A stretch of DNA of 64,000 nucleotides from Octopus vulgaris (taxonomy: Eukaryota), in NCBI GenBank assembly GCA_951406725.2, contig OX597819.1, positions 32,860,001 through 32,924,000 of the forward strand, read 5' to 3'. The translations under genes and the position numbers were made by a program. Below, one piece after another: positions 54,246-64,000 of the stretch (position 1 is its first letter; every line of letters begins with the position of its first letter). The notes below the pieces were generated by a model. The model saw only the letters and a list, made by a program, of their open reading frames with translations, searched no databases and was not told the origin of the DNA.

Positions 54246-54477
54246 GTAGATAGATGGCTTGATTGATCAGTTGTTCCGTTTATAGAATCTCGGTTACAAT
54301 AAACGTAGGATTTAATTAGCTCTTAGTACGAGTTCTTCACGGCAAGCGTCGACGAGAGCTTGTACTCATGACGAAACAAATCGTATATTTCTTGTAAGAA
54401 ATTTATATAAAAATCACACACACACACGTTTGTATATACATTTACATATATATACATACATATGACCGTGTGTATGT

Positions 54478-54508
<31 letters not shown>

Positions 54509-54583
54509 AACAGAGACAGACAGACAGACAGACGCACACACATTCGAGGAGGCACACAAAACCATACACATACATACACACAC

Positions 54584-54627
<44 letters not shown>

Positions 54628-55893
54628 GTAGATAGATAGAGTTACATATTCATTACAGGTACAAACGTGGGTATGTTTATATTTCTGTGTATGTATGTAT
54701 GTAGTATATATTTGTGTGTATATGCAGGTCTGTATGAATGTTGTAAAATAATTCTAAAATCCGTAAGCAAATCAATTTCACCTACATTCATGTTTTAGTT
54801 TTAGTGAAATTAAGTTTGTTTATTGGTTACCTGTCGTCAAGTGGGAAAATAAGCAAATACAGCATATTTTAATAATTCATTCGTTAGCGTCTACTCTTTC
54901 AATCCTTGTTTCTATCTCTTACTCCCCCTTTCTCTCTCTCTCTCGCTCCCTCGTTTTCTACCTCTCCTCTTCTCTCACCTTCGTTCTCTCACTCTCCTTC
55001 ACTCTGTCTCATTTTCTTTCCTCTCGTGTTTGTTTATCTGTCTGCCCCCTCACTGTTTGTATATCTACACCTCTCCCTCTTACTCTGTTTTATTCTCTCT
55101 TTCTCTCCCTTTCTTTGTAGCTGGTTTTCAATTCGGCATTTCCTTTTGATCGTACAACTGTATACAAATTTCACTGTTTACACAACATACACAGACGTAT
55201 AGACACTTGCAGACACAGACACAGAACATACTACACAGTAGTATGTTCTGTGTCTACACGCACACAATTACACTTTCACACAAAAATATACATATTAGTT
55301 GATAAAAGGGGGTCCAACGATGAAACAAAATACTGCCATTTTTTTTATTATTTGTTATAATATACACGTTAGCGATCTTGTCAGTCATAATCACATATTT
55401 TTTCCTTCAAATAAATATAAAATTTGTTATTTCCTTCTGATTTAGATTGCGATTTTATATTATTCGAAATTATTATATATTATGAGACCGATTTTATAGT
55501 TATAGAATACAATTTAGCGTAGGTTACGAGATAAATAATTAACCTAGACGAGAGTTTAGATTTGACAATAAATAGTTCAACAAGAAACAAAGTATGTATG
55601 TATATATGTTTGCATTTCTCTATTTAATAAGAGCCGATATAAATGTCGTTTGGCTGGTTGGTTGGTTGAGTTCATCAACCATATTTTACAAATTGTTCAG
55701 AGAGAGAGAAGGGAGAAATGTGTAAAAGTGAATAGTAAGCTGCATATCCTACTTAAGGTGGATGTACTGTGAGAACGCCACAATACTGTGGTATTCTACT
55801 GGAGAAAGCAAAACGTACAGATGTATAGTGCTAAAAGGCACAGAAGTATCGGCAGCAGACATGCAAGATGCTTTTTCATGACGATTAAAGTAG

Positions 55894-56330
55894 GGATCTT
55901 TTCGGTTTGAACGGCAGTTTTTTCTAGCGGTGTCATATGAAATTGTCACCCATAATTATGACCCTAGTATCGACCTATTGCATTTCAATCTGTTTTAGCG
56001 TTAGAGTTGGTTAGGGTTAGTTAGGGTTACGGTTTGGGGTGGGGGAAGGGTATCTTTTTTCTTCACAAATGTAAATAAACCCAATCTGTTTCTTAAACGA
56101 GGGACATATTCATACGGCACAGAATGTTTTTTACCTCAATGGACGTCAGTGATTGGTTGAAATTGTAGAAATTGAAGAAAAAACCAACAAATATCTTACA
56201 AACCATAGAATTTTCTCAATAAAGCCAAGAGAAAAAGATGTTTTATAAACACATTCTACCAGTATACGTTTAAAATTTTTTAGTTACCTAGAAATTATGT
56301 TAAAAACTGCCGTTCAAACCGAAAAGATTC
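55894..56330 (-). mobile_element. MITE family C (Merlin-like)
   Basis: Perfect 8-bp TSD taaagtag (55886-55893 / 56331-56338). Confidence 0.92.
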
Positions 56331-56622
56331 TAAAGTAGAAATATAGAATTCTTACAGTTTATACACGTTGCGTAGATATACAAATCGCCACTCGGTACTA
56401 ATATTATATTCATCGTTAACTTATTTTTACACAGCCTACTAGCCATTTACGATACCAGTGTCTGATTAATCACTATTTTTCTAAATATCATTTGAGGTGA
56501 AGTTTTGCTACCTACTGCTGATGAAGCACAAATACGCAGAAATAACGTGATATAATAGTTCCACCGCGGGTGATGGATATTTTTCGTCTGCTAGTGATAC
56601 TTCTGTGATTTTTATTACTATA

Positions 56623-56980
56623 TTCGCAGTCGTGGCTGTAAGATAAGACGCTTGCTACCTAACCACATGGTTCGTGAATGAATTTTGTAGATGAAAACTG
56701 AAAGAAGTCCGTCGTATTTATACATACATACATCTGTGTGTTTGTGTGTGTAGATATCTGTGCGTGTGTCTTTGTGTCTGTTTGTCTCCCACCACCACTT
56801 GACAACCAGTGTTAGTGGGTTTGCGTCCACGTAACTTAGCAGTTCGGCAAAAAAATAAGTACAAAGCTTTTTAAAAAAAATAAGTCCTGGAGTCAATTTG
56901 TTCGACTGAAACATTTCAAGACGGTACCCCAGCATGGCCGCAGTCAAATAACTGAGACAGTAAAAGATAAAGGATAAAAG
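56623..56980 (+). mobile_element. SINE family A, diverged and internally deleted
   Basis: Head and tail motifs. Confidence 0.8.
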
Positions 56981-57406
56981 ACACGTCTATCTGAGATGCT
57001 TTCTTGGGACGAATATTGCAGCAATATGGCGCCCTTACAGTATTCACGTTGAGTAGAATATTCCGATAGATTTTCGATACTGATATCACTTCTGTTGCTA
57101 ATAGCTAAACAGTAAAAGCGAGATACAGAGACAGTTAACACGCGAGTTGAAGGATGTGTGCTCAGGGTAGGCTTCATGACAGGCAATGAGTCGCTAAGTT
57201 GGTGGTGGTGGGGGGACTAAGATTCATAGACTGGTTGTTTTCTGTCTTCATCATAGCTTAGTATAGACTACCCTGTTACATACCATGCTACTTGCTCTCA
57301 CTCACTCACTCTTTCTATATATATATATATATATTCTATCCAATACTTGACTAGGATGGAAGTTAAAAAGTTAAAGTTGACCTGGATGTGGTGTGAACTT
57401 CGAACG

Positions 57407-57485
57407 TAAAGAAGAAGAAGAAGAAGAAGAAGAAGAAGAAGAAGAAGAAGAAGAAGAAGAAGAAGGAAAAAGAATGAGGAGGAAG

Positions 57486-57530
<45 letters not shown>

Positions 57531-57553
57531 GAAGGAAGAGGAGGAGAAGAAGA
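57407..57553. repeat. (GAA)n/(GAAA)n polypurine tract
   Basis: Direct inspection. Confidence 0.9.
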
Positions 57554-58118
57554 GGGATGTTTGGTAAACATTTAATATCTGTGAATACAAAGAAAAAGTA
57601 AAAAATTCCAGCTTCCGTGGCAAAATATCTTTTTCCAAAAAAGGAAAAAATACAAAAAAAAAAAAAATGAAAAAAAATGAAAAAAAATGACAGAGAGCCG
57701 TACGTTATGCTTTCCAATTTTGTTATTTATAGTGAATAAATAAAGAATTAAATTTCCATGATACAAACATTAAAAAAAATAAAGCAGCTTAAATAATCGA
57801 ATCAAAAGGTAAAAAAAAAAAAAAAAGGAGGTTTATATAATATTGTGTGAAAAGGAATTTCAATCTAATAACCGATATTTATACGGGAGTAAATAAGCGA
57901 AGAATTAAATTTGAATGCTTTCATTAGTTGCTACTGTCTACATGAGTTTGTTTAGTTAAGTAAGAATTATCATGCTTTGTATCGAAGTGCCGCTTTCCTT
58001 CTTTCTTACTCTCTCTTCTTCACATTTCTTATTCCATCTTCTCTGCGTCTCATAATTTGTTTTATTTTGTTTTAAGATATCGTTATAAGAAGATGAGAAA
58101 TCAATTGTTTATAATCAG

Positions 58119-58159
<41 letters not shown>

Positions 58160-58160
<1 letters not shown>

Positions 58161-58559
58161 TAGCAGTATCGCCCGGCGTTGCTCAGATTTGTAAGGGAAA
58201 TAACTATATAAGCATTTTTAGAGATGTAAAGTATAATAGCCATCTCAATATGGCTAACCACAAAGGGGGGAGGGGTTACTGTAGCTTTTTACGTTCTGAG
58301 ATTTAATAATACATTTTTAGAGAGTTACTTCCCTTATATAATAGCAAAAAAATACATTAAAAATGGGAAAAAATGATGGTAATTTTTTTTTTAAATCGTA
58401 GACTCATCGTAGACGCGCGCTAATACCCAGAAGGGCTCGATATGAATCACGACTATAAGATACCCGCTTTTGGTTACACTGCACCGCAAAATGTGGGAGT
58501 AGTTAGGAATCTAAATCGTAGGAGACAGACAGCACACAACCTCACTTTTATATATAAAG

Positions 58560-58560
<1 letters not shown>
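58160..58560 (-). mobile_element. Non-autonomous Helitron family D
   Basis: Reverse complement of the 20392 copy. Confidence 0.88.
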
Positions 58561-58599
<39 letters not shown>

Positions 58600-58920
58600 G
58601 TATGTATGTATGTATGTATGCATGCATGTATGTATGTATATAAGTATGTATGTATGTATGTACATATAATTTATGATTTTTGGTATCAACGAATCGGTCT
58701 TAGTATATTTATAGTTTAATCTCATGTGAAACTAGATACTCGGACTTTTACAGAACGCGCGCGCACACACACACACACATATACAAATTCTTATACGGCT
58801 GTGTCGCGTATATATGTGGGCGTGTATATATATATATGTGGGTGTGTGTGTGTATAAAACAAACTCGTATTAACACCTAGTATATATATATATATATACA
58901 GGAAAAGAGATACCTCTCAA

Positions 58921-63170
<4,250 letters not shown>

Positions 63171-63468
63171 AGAAAAAGCAGTGGAACATTTTTTAAGGTG
63201 GCAGCTGATATGTAAACAGCAAACAGCTTTCGTGATATGTGATTACACGAGCTACGAAGCGATTAATATGTAAACCTATGTCTGCACTGAGACTCTCCTG
63301 TCGGTTGTTGAAAAACTACCAAACAGAGAATCACCTGGGGAAGACATGTTAATGGGTTATTGGTAGAGAGAGCTCATATTCTACCCTTGTTAACTTGTCC
63401 GAGAGGACGCTGAACACTGCTCTTGACGTATCAGATCAGTTGGTAGTTGTGCGTACAACACTAATTGC

Positions 63469-63894
63469 GGATCTTTTCGGTTTGAACGGCAGTTTTTAAC
63501 ATAATTTCTAGGTAACTAAAAAAACTTCGTATACTGGTAGAATGTGTTTATAAAACATCTTTTTCTCTTGGCTTTATTGAGAAATTTTATAGTTTGTAAG
63601 ATATTTGTTGTTTTTTTTTCTTCAATTTCTACAATTTCAACCAATCACTGACGTCCATTGAGGTAAAAAAACATTTCTGTGCCGTATGAATATGTCCCTC
63701 GTTTAAGAAACAGATCGGGTTTATTTACATTTGTGAAGAAAAAAGATACCCTCCTTCCACCCCTAACCCTAACCCTAACTAACCCTAACGCTAAAACAGA
63801 TTGAAATGCAATAGATCGATACTAGGGTCATAATTATGGGTGACAATTTCATATGACACCGCTAGAAAAAACTGCCGTTCAAACCAAAAGATCC
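63469..63894 (+). mobile_element. MITE family C (Merlin-like)
   Basis: 8-bp TSD ctaattgc/ctaatagc; TIRs; (CCCTAA)n. Confidence 0.9.
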
Positions 63895-64000
63895 CTAATA
63901 GCTCAGGGGACACGTGTGGCGGAACACTACAAGTCAACAGCGTGATTGAAAGACATGTATGAGTTACACAAAGGCTGTTTGAATGTTTTCTTCCAGGATC

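Noticed and set aside
63175-64000. LINE or exon fragment around the last MITE
   Set aside because: No recognisable protein motif in the frames I read

Overview
AT-rich, extremely repeat-dense eukaryotic DNA. The SINE and LINE families suggest an octopus (cephalopod) genome; this is recognition from memory, not a database result. I find no convincing host protein-coding exon, rRNA, true tRNA or CRISPR array, and most ORF-track entries are microsatellite read-through. The window is a nested mosaic of mobile elements: (i) three tRNA-derived SINE groups; (ii) LINE remnants of RTE, CRE, Dong/R4 and Tx1/L1 type, with only the RTE RT frame still open; (iii) a DD37D maT mariner, a Chapaev3-like transposon, a Tc2/pogo-type MITE and two GG...CC MITE families with 8-bp TSDs and internal telomeric TTAGGG arrays; (iv) non-autonomous Helitrons; (v) many short Penelope-like relics embedded in (TA)n. 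The most notable signals are a dispersed set of minimal hammerhead ribozymes (one forms the axis of a 130-bp palindrome), two SINE dimers with an identical palindromic junction, one SINE head joined to four different tails, and a 4.25-kb (ACAT)n array whose central ~1 kb is an in-phase A-to-G version, (GCGT)n.
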